Of a stretch of 34,060 nt of DNA, positions 9,372-19,177 are shown piece by piece. The notes beneath the pieces were generated by a model. That model was not told the DNA's origin. It did no database searches and saw nothing but the letters and a program-made list of their open reading frames with translations. This DNA is from an uncultured Methanosarcinales archaeon (GTDB lineage Archaea; Nanobdellota; Nanobdellia; Woesearchaeales; CALCXY01): assembly GCA_964385185.1 (NCBI GenBank), contig CAYLOA010000012.1:1-34060 (forward strand), read 5' to 3'. The stretch's first letter is position 1; each line of letters starts with the position of its first letter. The translations under genes were made by a program, and so were the position numbers.

Positions 9372-10475
9372 ATGAAAATTCTCGTACTCACCTCAAGATA
9401 TACAGCTTTAAGAGATATTATAGAAGAAGATTTCGGAAGACAGACAAGATTATTCGCAGCATTACAAAAATTAGACAATCAAATTGATTTTTTCTGTGTA
9501 GATTACAAAAAGAAAGAACATAAAGATACAAAACTACATGGAATGAATATCCATATTAAACCGTTCACGCCGTTCAATCCACTTTCTCATATCAAACTCT
9601 ACAAACAACTAAAAAAGCAATTAAAACAAAAATATGATTTAATTATTGCAACTTCAGATCCACTCTGGGGAGTATTTGCACACAAAACTGCTAAAGCAAC
9701 CAAAACTCCATTTCTCTACGATCTCCACGATAATTATGAAGTCTATCAAACATACAAGTTACCTTTTTTCAAATATCTTGATCATAAAATAATCAAAGAA
9801 GCTGATATGGTAACAACTGTCTCTCACACATTAAAAGATTATATAAAAAAATGGAGAAAAAATAATGTCTATGTCATCCAAAACGGTGTAGATATAGATT
9901 TATTCAAAGAAACTAGACAAGCTCCTGCAAGAACTGCACTCAAACTACCACAAACTCCAAAAATAATTGCATATGCAGGATCTCTGCAAAAACAACAAGG
10001 AATTCACATCTTAATTGAAGCATTCCAAGAATTACAAGAAGAATTTCCCGATCTACTATTATTCCTAGCAGGAAGAATAAAAAAGGTAAAAGGAGAGGAA
10101 CTACACATTCAACATAAAGGAATTATCTACAAAGATGACCTTAATCAAAAAGGTGTAGTCCAAGTAATCAATGCTGCAGACATTGTGGTCATTCCAAATA
10201 CGGACAATGCATTTACCAAATACTGCTTTCCCTATAAATGTGTGGAGTATATGGCTTGTAACACACCCATTGTAGCCACAAATGTAGGAGATGTAGGAAT
10301 ATTCCTAAAACAATTTCCCCATACCTTGTGTAAACCAGATGATGTTGAAGATTTAAAAGAAAAACTAAAATACAAACTCACCCATGAAGAAAAAATTGAT
10401 TATCGTAAACATATTAAGAAAAACACATGGGATGCTATTGCTGAAAAACTAAATACCATACTTAAACAACTTTAG
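9372..10475 (+). CDS. GT4 family glycosyltransferase
   Basis: Start moved to ATG 9372 (MKILVL). YDLHD, NGVD, YAGSL, FPYKCVEYMACNTPIVATNVG. Confidence 0.88.
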   Translation: MKILVLTSRYTALRDIIEEDFGRQTRLFAALQKLDNQIDFFCVDYKKKEHKDTKLHGMNIHIKPFTPFNPLSHIKLYKQLKKQLKQKYDLIIATSDPLWGVFAHKTAKATKTPFLYDLHDNYEVYQTYKLPFFKYLDHKIIKEADMVTTVSHTLKDYIKKWRKNNVYVIQNGVDIDLFKETRQAPARTALKLPQTPKIIAYAGSLQKQQGIHILIEAFQELQEEFPDLLLFLAGRIKKVKGEELHIQHKGIIYKDDLNQKGVVQVINAADIVVIPNTDNAFTKYCFPYKCVEYMACNTPIVATNVGDVGIFLKQFPHTLCKPDDVEDLKEKLKYKLTHEEKIDYRKHIKKNTWDAIAEKLNTILKQL

Positions 10476-11655
10476 AAAATAATTCTTCAAACTTCCTACT
10501 TACTTTCTCCCAATCATAATGGTCTTTAATATGTTTCTGACCAGCTTTTACCATTTTTTCCCTTTTCTTTTTATCTTCCAATAATTCAATAATCTTCTTA
10601 CTTAACTCTTTACTATTCTTCTCCTCAACTAACAATCCAGTTTTGCCATCTTTGATAATATCAGGAACTCCCCCTACATTACCACCAATAACTACAGTTC
10701 CAGAAGCTAAAGCTTCTAAAAACACAACTCCTAATCCTTCAGTATCTCCATTTTTTGTAACAATTGAAGGTCCAACAAACACATCAGCTGAAGCAAAATA
10801 CTTTCCAAGATCTTCATTCTTTCGTTTACCTGCAAAAACAACATTCTCTCCAAGCTTCAAATTCTCAGCCTGAGCTTCCAACTCTATTTTCAAAGGACCA
10901 TCGCCAATAATAACTAATTTAACTTTAGGAAATTGTTCAACAACAGAAGGCATAGCATCTAAAAGATAAGTTAATCCTTTCTTCTCTGCTATCCTTCCAA
11001 CAAATAACAAAAACTCACCATCAATCCCAAATTCCTTACGAACTTTTTTATCCTTCAACTTAGGACTAAACTGTTTAAGATCAACACCCATAGGAATAAT
11101 ACTCATATCAACAGGATATAAATCCTGAACAGCTTTTCCTGTAGCTTTACTATTAACAGTACATGCACTACAATCCTGCAAAGCTCTTTTACCAATCTTT
11201 CTAAAGAAAGGATTTTTCAAAGGAAAAATATCTCCTGCATGTGCCGTTACAACATAAGGTGTACCAAATCTTCGTTTAATCTTTGAAGCAATATATCCTT
11301 GAGGAACAATCCAATGTGCATGAATTAAATCTATTTTCTCTTTCTTAACAATATTTCGTATAGCTTTCTCTTGAGCTTTCACCAGAAAAGGAGGTTGCAA
11401 CTTGGCCAGAAAAGATTTCTTCATATTAGCTAGGATTCCACCATCATAACAAAGCCTCTCAAAACCAAAGAAATACTTGAACCTTACAACGGTAACACCA
11501 TCCATTTCTTCTTCCAATTTAGCTCCAGGATGCCACGGAACTAAACAAGTTACCGTATGCTTCTTAGCAAGCAATCTACTCAAATAGAACACAAATCCCG
11601 GTTCTGAGTCTCCTTTCCACCGTGGAAAGGTGGTTGCTGTTACGAGTATATGCAT
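10462..11655 (-). CDS. GT4 family glycosyltransferase
   Basis: Start moved to ATG 11655 (MHILVTATTFPRW), with TTTATAAA at 11678-11685 23 nt upstream. HAHW..PQG, FVGRIAEKKG, EGLGVVFLEA. Confidence 0.92.
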   Translation of the reverse strand: MHILVTATTFPRWKGDSEPGFVFYLSRLLAKKHTVTCLVPWHPGAKLEEEMDGVTVVRFKYFFGFERLCYDGGILANMKKSFLAKLQPPFLVKAQEKAIRNIVKKEKIDLIHAHWIVPQGYIASKIKRRFGTPYVVTAHAGDIFPLKNPFFRKIGKRALQDCSACTVNSKATGKAVQDLYPVDMSIIPMGVDLKQFSPKLKDKKVRKEFGIDGEFLLFVGRIAEKKGLTYLLDAMPSVVEQFPKVKLVIIGDGPLKIELEAQAENLKLGENVVFAGKRKNEDLGKYFASADVFVGPSIVTKNGDTEGLGVVFLEALASGTVVIGGNVGGVPDIIKDGKTGLLVEEKNSKELSKKIIELLEDKKKREKMVKAGQKHIKDHYDWEKVSRKFEELFSKVV

Positions 11656-11745
11656 AGAATAACAAGGTATTTTTCCATTTATAAAAGTAGTGAAATAGAA
11701 GAACAACCCACAACCTTTAAAAAACAAATAAACAACATAACAACT

Positions 11746-13155
11746 ATGAACACCATCAAAAGAATAGCTAAAAATACAGCTATTTCCAGTGTATCAGAAA
11801 TAGTTACAAAACTCATCTATTTCGTAATAACCTTATACATAGCTAGACAATTAGGAACAGAATCATTAGGACAATACTCATTTGCATTTGCTTTCTCCAT
11901 GATTATGCTCATTGTAGCAGATATTGGTCTCTCACAACTGTTAATCAGAGAAATAGCAAGAAAAAAGTTCCTAGCAAACAAATACGTAACACATGCATTC
12001 TTAATCAAACTACTCACATCCAGTATTACAATCATCCTAACAATAGGTATCCTCAACATACTCAATTACCCTGCAATAACACGATCCATCACATACGCAA
12101 TGGTAGCTTTCATTATCTTGAGATCATTTTCAGAAATATTGTTCAGTGTATTTCGAGCACATGAAAGAATGGAATTTGATTCCAGTATCAGAATCCTAAG
12201 AATGGTCCTCATCCTTCCCTTTTTCATCTATCACCTAAACACAAGCCTCGCAAAAGCAGTCTTAGCTTTCCCCATAGTTGAAATATTCATCCTCATCATC
12301 TCATTGACCATAGGAGTAACCAAATTCTTCAAGTTTAGATTAGAGTTGGATATTGAATTCATCAAATCTATTTTCCAAAAAGCATTCCCTATGGGAGCAG
12401 CAATTATTTTCTCATCATTATATTTTTACCTAGGATCAATCATCTTGAGCAAATTCCAAGGTGATGCTGCCCTAGGAATCTACTCAGCAGCTTACAATTT
12501 CTCATTAGCATTACTCTTTATCCCTGCTATGTTCACTACAGCAATCTACCCCCTACTAAGCCGATACTACAAAGAATCAGATGAAAAATTACATAAACTC
12601 TTCAAATACAGTTTCAAATATCTCTATATCATAGCCCTACCCATCGCAGTAGGTGCACTCTTACTAGGAAATGAGATCATGACTTTATTCTACGGTCCAG
12701 GATTCCTACAAGCAGGTTTAGCACTAAAAATACTCTCATTATTCTTATTAATAAAATTCATTAACTTCCTCTTAGGAATCGTCCTCTACTCAGTCGATAA
12801 ACAAAAACAAAGGATGTATGCTCAAGCATCAACAGCTATTTTTAACATCATACTCAATCTTATTTTAATCCCAATCTACGGTGTGGTAGGTGCAGCTGTA
12901 GCCACAATAATAACAGAAATATTCCTATTCATTGCATATGATCACTTTGTAACTAAAAACATCCCTAGACTGCCCTATCACCAACTCACCTTAAAACCGT
13001 TAGCTGCAGTAATAGTCATGGCAGGAGTAGTAATGTTAACAAAATTCAATATCTTCCTTGCAATCATAACCGGAGCAATATCATACGGAACAATCTTACT
13101 AATAACAAAGACATTTAACGAAGAAGACAAAGCCATGCTCAAAAAACTAAGATGA
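11746..13155 (+). CDS. Wzx-like oligosaccharide flippase (MOP superfamily)
   Basis: Start moved to ATG 11746 (MNTIKRIAKN), with TTTAAAAA at 11716-11723. ARQLG..LGQY, DIGL, GIYSAA, NLILIPIYGVVGAAVAT and about 14 TM segments. Confidence 0.9.
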   Translation: MNTIKRIAKNTAISSVSEIVTKLIYFVITLYIARQLGTESLGQYSFAFAFSMIMLIVADIGLSQLLIREIARKKFLANKYVTHAFLIKLLTSSITIILTIGILNILNYPAITRSITYAMVAFIILRSFSEILFSVFRAHERMEFDSSIRILRMVLILPFFIYHLNTSLAKAVLAFPIVEIFILIISLTIGVTKFFKFRLELDIEFIKSIFQKAFPMGAAIIFSSLYFYLGSIILSKFQGDAALGIYSAAYNFSLALLFIPAMFTTAIYPLLSRYYKESDEKLHKLFKYSFKYLYIIALPIAVGALLLGNEIMTLFYGPGFLQAGLALKILSLFLLIKFINFLLGIVLYSVDKQKQRMYAQASTAIFNIILNLILIPIYGVVGAAVATIITEIFLFIAYDHFVTKNIPRLPYHQLTLKPLAAVIVMAGVVMLTKFNIFLAIITGAISYGTILLITKTFNEEDKAMLKKLR

Positions 13156-14186
13156 ACATCCAACACTTATTACACAACGCATTACAATCCTACTTTAATG
13201 GAGGTTTCTCTACGTTAGGATTTCTCACATTCCCATTACATAAATCAGTCTCTAGAAAAAATAAAAACCTACTAAAGGAAGCAGCTAAAAGAACAAATAC
13301 TAAAATAAAAGGATCATTCGAACAACAATTAGCTCAATTATACAGTATTCCTATAAAACCAGAAAAGAAAAAAACAACACTCATATTTCCTCAATTCTCA
13401 TCAAAAAAGGATCCAATATACCTAGAGCCTGTTGAAAACTTAACAAATGACCTAAAAAGAGTAAAAGATCTCTTGGTAGGACTCTATCTCCACGGTTCTT
13501 TAGCATCAGGAGATTACATTAAAGGATACTCAGATGTAGAAACGTTAGTAATAGTAAAAGACTCAACATTACAAAACAAAAAGAAGCTCAAACAACTCCG
13601 ATCAGCTTTATACAAAGCACGATATCATCTCTATCAAATTGACCCTTTGCAACATCATGGACACTTCATAATAGCAGAATCTGACCTCTTATCCTACCCT
13701 GAATCAATCCTACCTTTAGCTGCTCTAAAACATGCTAAAACATTATTAGGAAAATCATCAATCTCATTCCACATAAAAAATAGCAAAGAAGACACCAAAG
13801 AACACCTAGAATATTTCCTAAACTACTTCAAATCACATCCAGCCACATACTCATTATACGAAAAAAAGTTTTTCCTCCATGGAGTTTCACTCCTCCCTTC
13901 ATTATACTTACAATATGTAGATAAACCAATCTACAAAAAAGAATCATTTGCTAAAATAAAAAAACACTTCTCAAAAGAACTCCTCGAACCCATATTTGAA
14001 GTAGAAAAAATAAGAAATACCTGGCCAACTCCAAAAGTCCTTCCAGTAGCAAAATTACTAGCTAAAATAAACCCTCTACTGGTATACAGAATATCAGGAA
14101 CCATCCTAAACAAAAGGATTGCCATGGACGAATTAAAAGAAGAAATGGTAGATCTTGCAAATGCAATGGAGAAGAAGATACAATGA
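13152..14186 (+). CDS. Pol-beta-superfamily nucleotidyltransferase-like protein
   Basis: GLYLHGSLASGDYIKGYSDVETLVIV fits hG[S]x9-13Dh[D/E]h. Helical C-terminal region. ATGA-coupled to the flippase. Confidence 0.7.
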   Translation: MNIQHLLHNALQSYFNGGFSTLGFLTFPLHKSVSRKNKNLLKEAAKRTNTKIKGSFEQQLAQLYSIPIKPEKKKTTLIFPQFSSKKDPIYLEPVENLTNDLKRVKDLLVGLYLHGSLASGDYIKGYSDVETLVIVKDSTLQNKKKLKQLRSALYKARYHLYQIDPLQHHGHFIIAESDLLSYPESILPLAALKHAKTLLGKSSISFHIKNSKEDTKEHLEYFLNYFKSHPATYSLYEKKFFLHGVSLLPSLYLQYVDKPIYKKESFAKIKKHFSKELLEPIFEVEKIRNTWPTPKVLPVAKLLAKINPLLVYRISGTILNKRIAMDELKEEMVDLANAMEKKIQ

Positions 14187-15313
14187 TGCATCTCTACAAC
14201 TTCCCAACATCCTACTCAAGAGCAGACTATGAAGAAGCAACGAATAACATAGCTAATAAATTCTGTAATAAAAATTGCATCGCAGTCTACACATGGGGAA
14301 ATATAGGAGCTCCAGGAATATCAGACCTTGATTTTCTGATGGTAATGCAACCAAATACAAAAAAAATAAGAAGAATAACATTAAACAAACAAGAATCATA
14401 TCTCTCCTATCACCCCTTCTTCATCATCGATGAAGAAATAATAAAAAACATAAAATATATCTATCCTAACGCCCCATTAAAATTGGTCAAAGGAACGAAA
14501 GTCCAAACTGAAAAAATAGATAAAACCACAAAAGATGCCATAAACCTCATCCTATACATAGATATTGCAATCAGACACTATCCCAGAGATTTTCTAGAAC
14601 GTGTGATGAGAAATAAAATTGATGTAAGAAATGCACTCTTAAGATTAAACTCTCTATCACAATCATTTACAAAATGGTCATTCCTAAAACCAACAAAAGA
14701 ACAAAAAGACTTTTCAAAAAGAATTACACACCTAAGAAGTAATTGGTTTTCCATAGAAGAACGAAAAAGAAATCAACAAATAATAACATTGACAAATGAA
14801 GCAATTCCTTTATCTTTAGAAATCGTAGAACAACTAAAAAACCACATAAACAAAACAAACTTCATCCAAGTAAACAGATCAGAAAAACCAGTAGTATACA
14901 CAGGATTACGACATAGAACCTACTTTGTAGAAAATTGGGATCCTAAACATGCACTCAGTGATATGAAAACATTCTATAAAGCATATGGAAAATTTTACTC
15001 CTACCTTCCCATAGAATTTGCAGCTCTCTATGCAGAATATGCAAAACAAGAGGGAATTCTAAGCAATCATATAGAAAATAATCTAGAACAAATAGGATTT
15101 CAATACAAAATACAAAACAAAGACATCATTAAAAAAAGAATACACCTCCAAAACCATCAGGCCCAGATAGCAAAACAAACAAAACACTCACACTTTCCAG
15201 CATTTTACGATTTTGGATACAAATCTACGTTTGGAATCTTAAATAAAATAATCCACGTAGGAAGAAAAGCAAAAGACACGAAACTATACAAAAAACTCAC
15301 ACACAAGAACTAA
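14183..15313 (+). CDS. Pol-beta-superfamily nucleotidyltransferase-like protein
   Basis: AVYTWGNIGAPGISDLDFLMVM (hG...SDhDhh). Long helical C-terminus. ATGA-coupled to the previous gene. Confidence 0.65.
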   Translation: MMHLYNFPTSYSRADYEEATNNIANKFCNKNCIAVYTWGNIGAPGISDLDFLMVMQPNTKKIRRITLNKQESYLSYHPFFIIDEEIIKNIKYIYPNAPLKLVKGTKVQTEKIDKTTKDAINLILYIDIAIRHYPRDFLERVMRNKIDVRNALLRLNSLSQSFTKWSFLKPTKEQKDFSKRITHLRSNWFSIEERKRNQQIITLTNEAIPLSLEIVEQLKNHINKTNFIQVNRSEKPVVYTGLRHRTYFVENWDPKHALSDMKTFYKAYGKFYSYLPIEFAALYAEYAKQEGILSNHIENNLEQIGFQYKIQNKDIIKKRIHLQNHQAQIAKQTKHSHFPAFYDFGYKSTFGILNKIIHVGRKAKDTKLYKKLTHKN

Positions 15314-16710
15314 TATTGCTTTATTCTCAATTTCTTCATCATAATCCAACCTTTTTTAGCAGGTTCCATTAAATGATTCTGAACAAAAGGTACTTTCCAA
15401 GTCTTAAATCCAATAGCACCAAGAGTTTTACCAAAATGTCTTTTCAAAAATAATTCCATAATCTTCTCTTGTCCTAATCGATACGCCTTAATCCTCTCCT
15501 CACGAGTAAATTCTTTAGTCTCAAAAACAGGTTCTTCTCCCCAATAATGTAAACTATTCAAAAACTCATCTGGAGAATGTAACAGGGTACCATGTTCTTT
15601 CACCCAAGTAAACATCTCAGTTCCAGGATAAGGAACCATATTATAAAACCGAACTTGATCAATCCCTAAAGTAGCTGCAAACTTAGTATCTTCAACGAAC
15701 ATCTCATACGTCTGTTCAGGATTACCAATAATAAAGTTAACTTGGCAATCTATCCCAATTTCCTTAGTTAGTTTAACAGCACTCTTCAACGTCTCTTTAG
15801 TCATGCCTTTCTTCAACAATTTCAGTGAATTAGTATTAGAAGTTTCCATACTATAAGCAATCCAAACAGTCCCTGCATCTTTCAACTTACGTAACAATTG
15901 CTCATTAACTCTATCAGCTCGCAATCCATTCCCAAAAATTAACTTAAGCTTCATATCACTTTCAATAATCAAGTCACAAATCTTCTCAGCTCGTTCCATA
16001 TTAAAAGTAAAATTATCATCACTAAACTCAAACGTGTTAAATCCCTTAGAATACCAATGTTTCAACTCATTCACAGTACTTTCAGGACTTCTCTCCCGAA
16101 AAGGTCTTTCAAACACCAATGCAATAGAACAAAAGGTACATCGATACGGACATCCTCGTGAAGAAACAATAGGAATCCGTTTCTCCATCATTTTATCAAG
16201 TTCAAAAAGATCATATTTAGGCAAAGGCAAACTATCTAAGTCTTTGTTAGTAGCCATAGGAGGATTGGTAACAATTTCATCCCCATTTCTCCAAATTAAC
16301 CCATTTATTTCCTTAGGATCAACTTTGTTACATAAATCAGTAAAAGGTTGCTCTCCTTCACCATATACAACATAATCTGCTTTACAATCTTTCAGAATTT
16401 TACCAAACACAACTGAAGTATAAGATCCTCCAGCTGCAATAGGAATATCAAACTCATCTTTAATTTGATTCACAATCTCATAGGACATCTTATATCCAAA
16501 ACTAGCCATACTCATCCCGATAAGATCAGGTTTGTAATCTCGAATCTTCTGCAGTAAATCTCCTGTATCAGGATACAATCTCATATCTTGCAGTCCAACG
16601 GAATGTCCTGCTTTCTCCAATACAGCAGCAAGTGTAGCAATACCTGCATGAGGAATAGTTGCTACTACATATCTTCCCAAATTCGGTGGTAAAATCAGTA
16701 ATATTTTCAT
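15310..16710 (-). CDS. Cobalamin-binding radical SAM protein (class B methyltransferase-like)
   Basis: N-terminal B12-binding Rossmann domain (GEGE), SRGCPYRCTFC (CxxxCxxC), DDNF, PYPGT. Confidence 0.9.
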   Translation of the reverse strand: MKILLILPPNLGRYVVATIPHAGIATLAAVLEKAGHSVGLQDMRLYPDTGDLLQKIRDYKPDLIGMSMASFGYKMSYEIVNQIKDEFDIPIAAGGSYTSVVFGKILKDCKADYVVYGEGEQPFTDLCNKVDPKEINGLIWRNGDEIVTNPPMATNKDLDSLPLPKYDLFELDKMMEKRIPIVSSRGCPYRCTFCSIALVFERPFRERSPESTVNELKHWYSKGFNTFEFSDDNFTFNMERAEKICDLIIESDMKLKLIFGNGLRADRVNEQLLRKLKDAGTVWIAYSMETSNTNSLKLLKKGMTKETLKSAVKLTKEIGIDCQVNFIIGNPEQTYEMFVEDTKFAATLGIDQVRFYNMVPYPGTEMFTWVKEHGTLLHSPDEFLNSLHYWGEEPVFETKEFTREERIKAYRLGQEKIMELFLKRHFGKTLGAIGFKTWKVPFVQNHLMEPAKKGWIMMKKLRIKQY

Positions 16711-16829
16711 AAATACACCATCTTTTTTCTATTCATATAGAAAAAATAAGAAATGATACAAGTTTTTAATGTTAACGATTGTAAAGAGGAAAGTTTATTA
16801 AGATAATTCAGTGTATTCTCATTGATAAA

Positions 16830-17492
16830 ATGTTTGTTACAGAATTGAGCATTGTGCACAAAGGATGTTGGGGTTCTGAAATTCATCAAAAATTTCCTCA
16901 ATATCACTTTTCTTCAGTAGATTGCAGATGGGTTCGGGGTGAAGTTGTTCATATTGTAAGGTCAAAAGGTAGTATGTTACCCAAAAAAAATATCATTACA
17001 TATCTTAAAAATAGAAAGGATGTTTCCAAAGTAGATGTATTAAGCCAGGATGAAGATGAACTACTCCTAAGAGTTTCCACAAAAAGATTAAAAGAAATTG
17101 GGCAATTTTCAGATATTTTTTTTCAAAATGATTGTTTCCCTATTGCTCCCACAAAATTCATTGACAATACTGGAAGTATTGAAAATAAAGAGCTACTGAG
17201 ACTCCAAGACTATAAAGATGCTGACAGTACGATTCACCCACAAATATCAGATATTCCCTTTATAGTTCTCAGAGGAGGATCAGGACAAATTAGCAATCTC
17301 AGAAAAGCTTGTATAGCTCAAGGAATAAAATTTACAGATTTCACTTCTACCATGATTGGAGAAACCTATATCGAACAACACGAAAAAACAAAATCAACTA
17401 AAGAAGAAGATCTGGAATATTTTGGAATATGTATTTTTGGTGAAAAAAACAACCTCTCAGAACTTACCAAAAAGTTTTCATTATGGAAATAA
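16830..17492 (+). CDS. Apparent chimera: N-terminal domain of a Bat/HTH_10-type archaeal regulator fused to the C-terminal part of a DUF2000-like protein, possibly a pseudogene
   Basis: HKGCWGS at the N-terminus with no following HTH. The C-terminus YKDADSTIHPQIS.PFIVLR...FTDFT.TM...TY...LEYFGICIFG...LTKKFSLW resembles DUF2000 lacking its N-terminus. Recognised by eye only. Confidence 0.55.
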   Translation: MFVTELSIVHKGCWGSEIHQKFPQYHFSSVDCRWVRGEVVHIVRSKGSMLPKKNIITYLKNRKDVSKVDVLSQDEDELLLRVSTKRLKEIGQFSDIFFQNDCFPIAPTKFIDNTGSIENKELLRLQDYKDADSTIHPQISDIPFIVLRGGSGQISNLRKACIAQGIKFTDFTSTMIGETYIEQHEKTKSTKEEDLEYFGICIFGEKNNLSELTKKFSLWK

Positions 17493-17498
17493 GACTAA

Positions 17499-18431
17499 TT
17501 AATTTTTCTGCTTAAAATAAGCAATAGTATCTTGTAATCCTTCAGCTAAATCAACTTTAGGTTCCCAATCTAACAACTCCTTAGCCTTAGAAATATCAGG
17601 ACATCGTTGTTTAGGATCATCTTGAGGCAGATCCTTATAGACAATCTTACTTTCACTCTTAGTAATTTTCAAAATAGTTTCTGCAAATTCTTTAATAGTC
17701 ATCTCACTAGGGTTACCAATATTTACAGGCTCCACTTCATCGCTCATCATTAATTTGTAAATCCCATCAATTAAATCAGAAACGAAACAAAAACTCCGAG
17801 TCTGACTTCCATCTCCAAAAATAGTGATATCTTCACCAGCTAATGCCTGACTAATAAAAGCCGGCACCACCCTACCATCTTTCTCTCTCATCTTAGGACC
17901 ATAGGTATTAAAGATTCGAACAATCCGAGTCTCAACTTGATGCACTCTATGATACGCCATTGTAATAGCTTCAGCAAATCTTTTTGCTTCATCATAACAT
18001 CCACGAATACCTATAGGATTCACATTCCCCCAATAATCTTCCTTTTGAGGATGCACTTCTGGATCTCCGTAACATTCTGAAGTAGAAGCCAATAAAAATC
18101 GAGCTTTCTTCTCCTTAGCCAATCCTAAAGCATTATGAGTACCTAAACTTCCCACTTTTAATGTTTGAATTGGAATTTCTTGATAATCGATAGGTGATGC
18201 AGGACTTGCAAAATGAAAAATATAATCTAACTCACCCTCAACTTCAATAAACTTAGTAACATCATGATTAATAAATTCAAAACTGGGATTATCTTTTAAT
18301 AATTCAATATTATCTTCATTACCAGTAACTAAATTATCCATACAGATAACATGAAAGCCATTATTCAACAAATGTTCACATAAATGACTCCCTAAAAAGC
18401 CTGCCCCTCCCGTAACTAAAACTCGTTTCAT
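17499..18431 (-). CDS. uxs: UDP-glucuronate decarboxylase (UDP-xylose synthase), extended SDR
   Basis: [64 protein letters not shown]. Confidence 0.92.
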   Translation of the reverse strand: MKRVLVTGGAGFLGSHLCEHLLNNGFHVICMDNLVTGNEDNIELLKDNPSFEFINHDVTKFIEVEGELDYIFHFASPASPIDYQEIPIQTLKVGSLGTHNALGLAKEKKARFLLASTSECYGDPEVHPQKEDYWGNVNPIGIRGCYDEAKRFAEAITMAYHRVHQVETRIVRIFNTYGPKMREKDGRVVPAFISQALAGEDITIFGDGSQTRSFCFVSDLIDGIYKLMMSDEVEPVNIGNPSEMTIKEFAETILKITKSESKIVYKDLPQDDPKQRCPDISKAKELLDWEPKVDLAEGLQDTIAYFKQKN

Positions 18432-19177
18432 CGTAATGCCTCATAATCTTTATTTGCTGCTTCATATTGATCAAGACTTCCAATATCGTACCATTTCTCA
18501 TCTTCATCATCAAAAGCCCAACCATACATATCTTCTCGTTTATGCAACCATTCTAAAAAGAATCCGGGTGCGTCGGGTTTATTTCCATCCTTAAGATATT
18601 GTCTAAATAATCCAACCGTTCGTTTAGGATACATGTAAATTCCAGTTGAAGCAAGTGTGCTAGGAGGTTGGTCAGGTTTTTCTTGAAAGTCAATAACTTT
18701 TTTATCTTCATCTATAGCACAAATACCAAATCGAGTTGCTGCTTCAATATCTTTAATATCATACAGTCCAACAATCTCAGATTTCTTCTCCAAAAAGAAA
18801 TCATACATCTCTTTCAAAGAAAAATTAAACAAATTATCTCCTGAAATATCTAAAATATCATCATCGATCTTCATTTTATCCATAACAAGCATTTTATCAC
18901 CGATAGCTCCTAATCGATCTTCATTACTGGTAGTTCCATCATTAATAATAGTAACAGGAATACTACTTGAAAAGTCCTGTTCCCATTCAACAAATTGCTC
19001 AAAGAATTTCTCATTGGTAACGATATACACTTGATCTACAACACCTAATTCCTCAATCTTCCCGATAATATGTTCAACCATAGGTTTTCCCCCTACCGGA
19101 AGTAAAGGTTTAGCTTTATCTTTAGTTAAAGGATACAATCGTGTTGCATAACCAGCTGCTAATATAATAGCCTTCAT
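18428..19177 (-). CDS. Sugar-1-phosphate nucleotidyltransferase (context suggests UDP-glucose synthesis)
   Basis: [29 protein letters not shown]. Confidence 0.9.
   Translation of the reverse strand: MKAIILAAGYATRLYPLTKDKAKPLLPVGGKPMVEHIIGKIEELGVVDQVYIVTNEKFFEQFVEWEQDFSSSIPVTIINDGTTSNEDRLGAIGDKMLVMDKMKIDDDILDISGDNLFNFSLKEMYDFFLEKKSEIVGLYDIKDIEAATRFGICAIDEDKKVIDFQEKPDQPPSTLASTGIYMYPKRTVGLFRQYLKDGNKPDAPGFFLEWLHKREDMYGWAFDDEDEKWYDIGSLDQYEAANKDYEALR

Noticed and set aside
11650..11745. Overlapping 5' ends of the GT4 (to 11727) and flippase (from 11650) as given in the ORF track
   Set aside because: Family-typical starts at 11655 and 11746 each have a TATA box 23 nt upstream, which removes the overlap. 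The same logic applies to track starts 804, 5533 and 9297.
13152..15313. MNT-HEPN or AbiE toxin-antitoxin, or CBASS cyclase
   Set aside because: No HEPN RxxxxH partner, effector or HTH antitoxin was recognised, and both genes are coupled to a flippase. Not fully excluded without a profile search.
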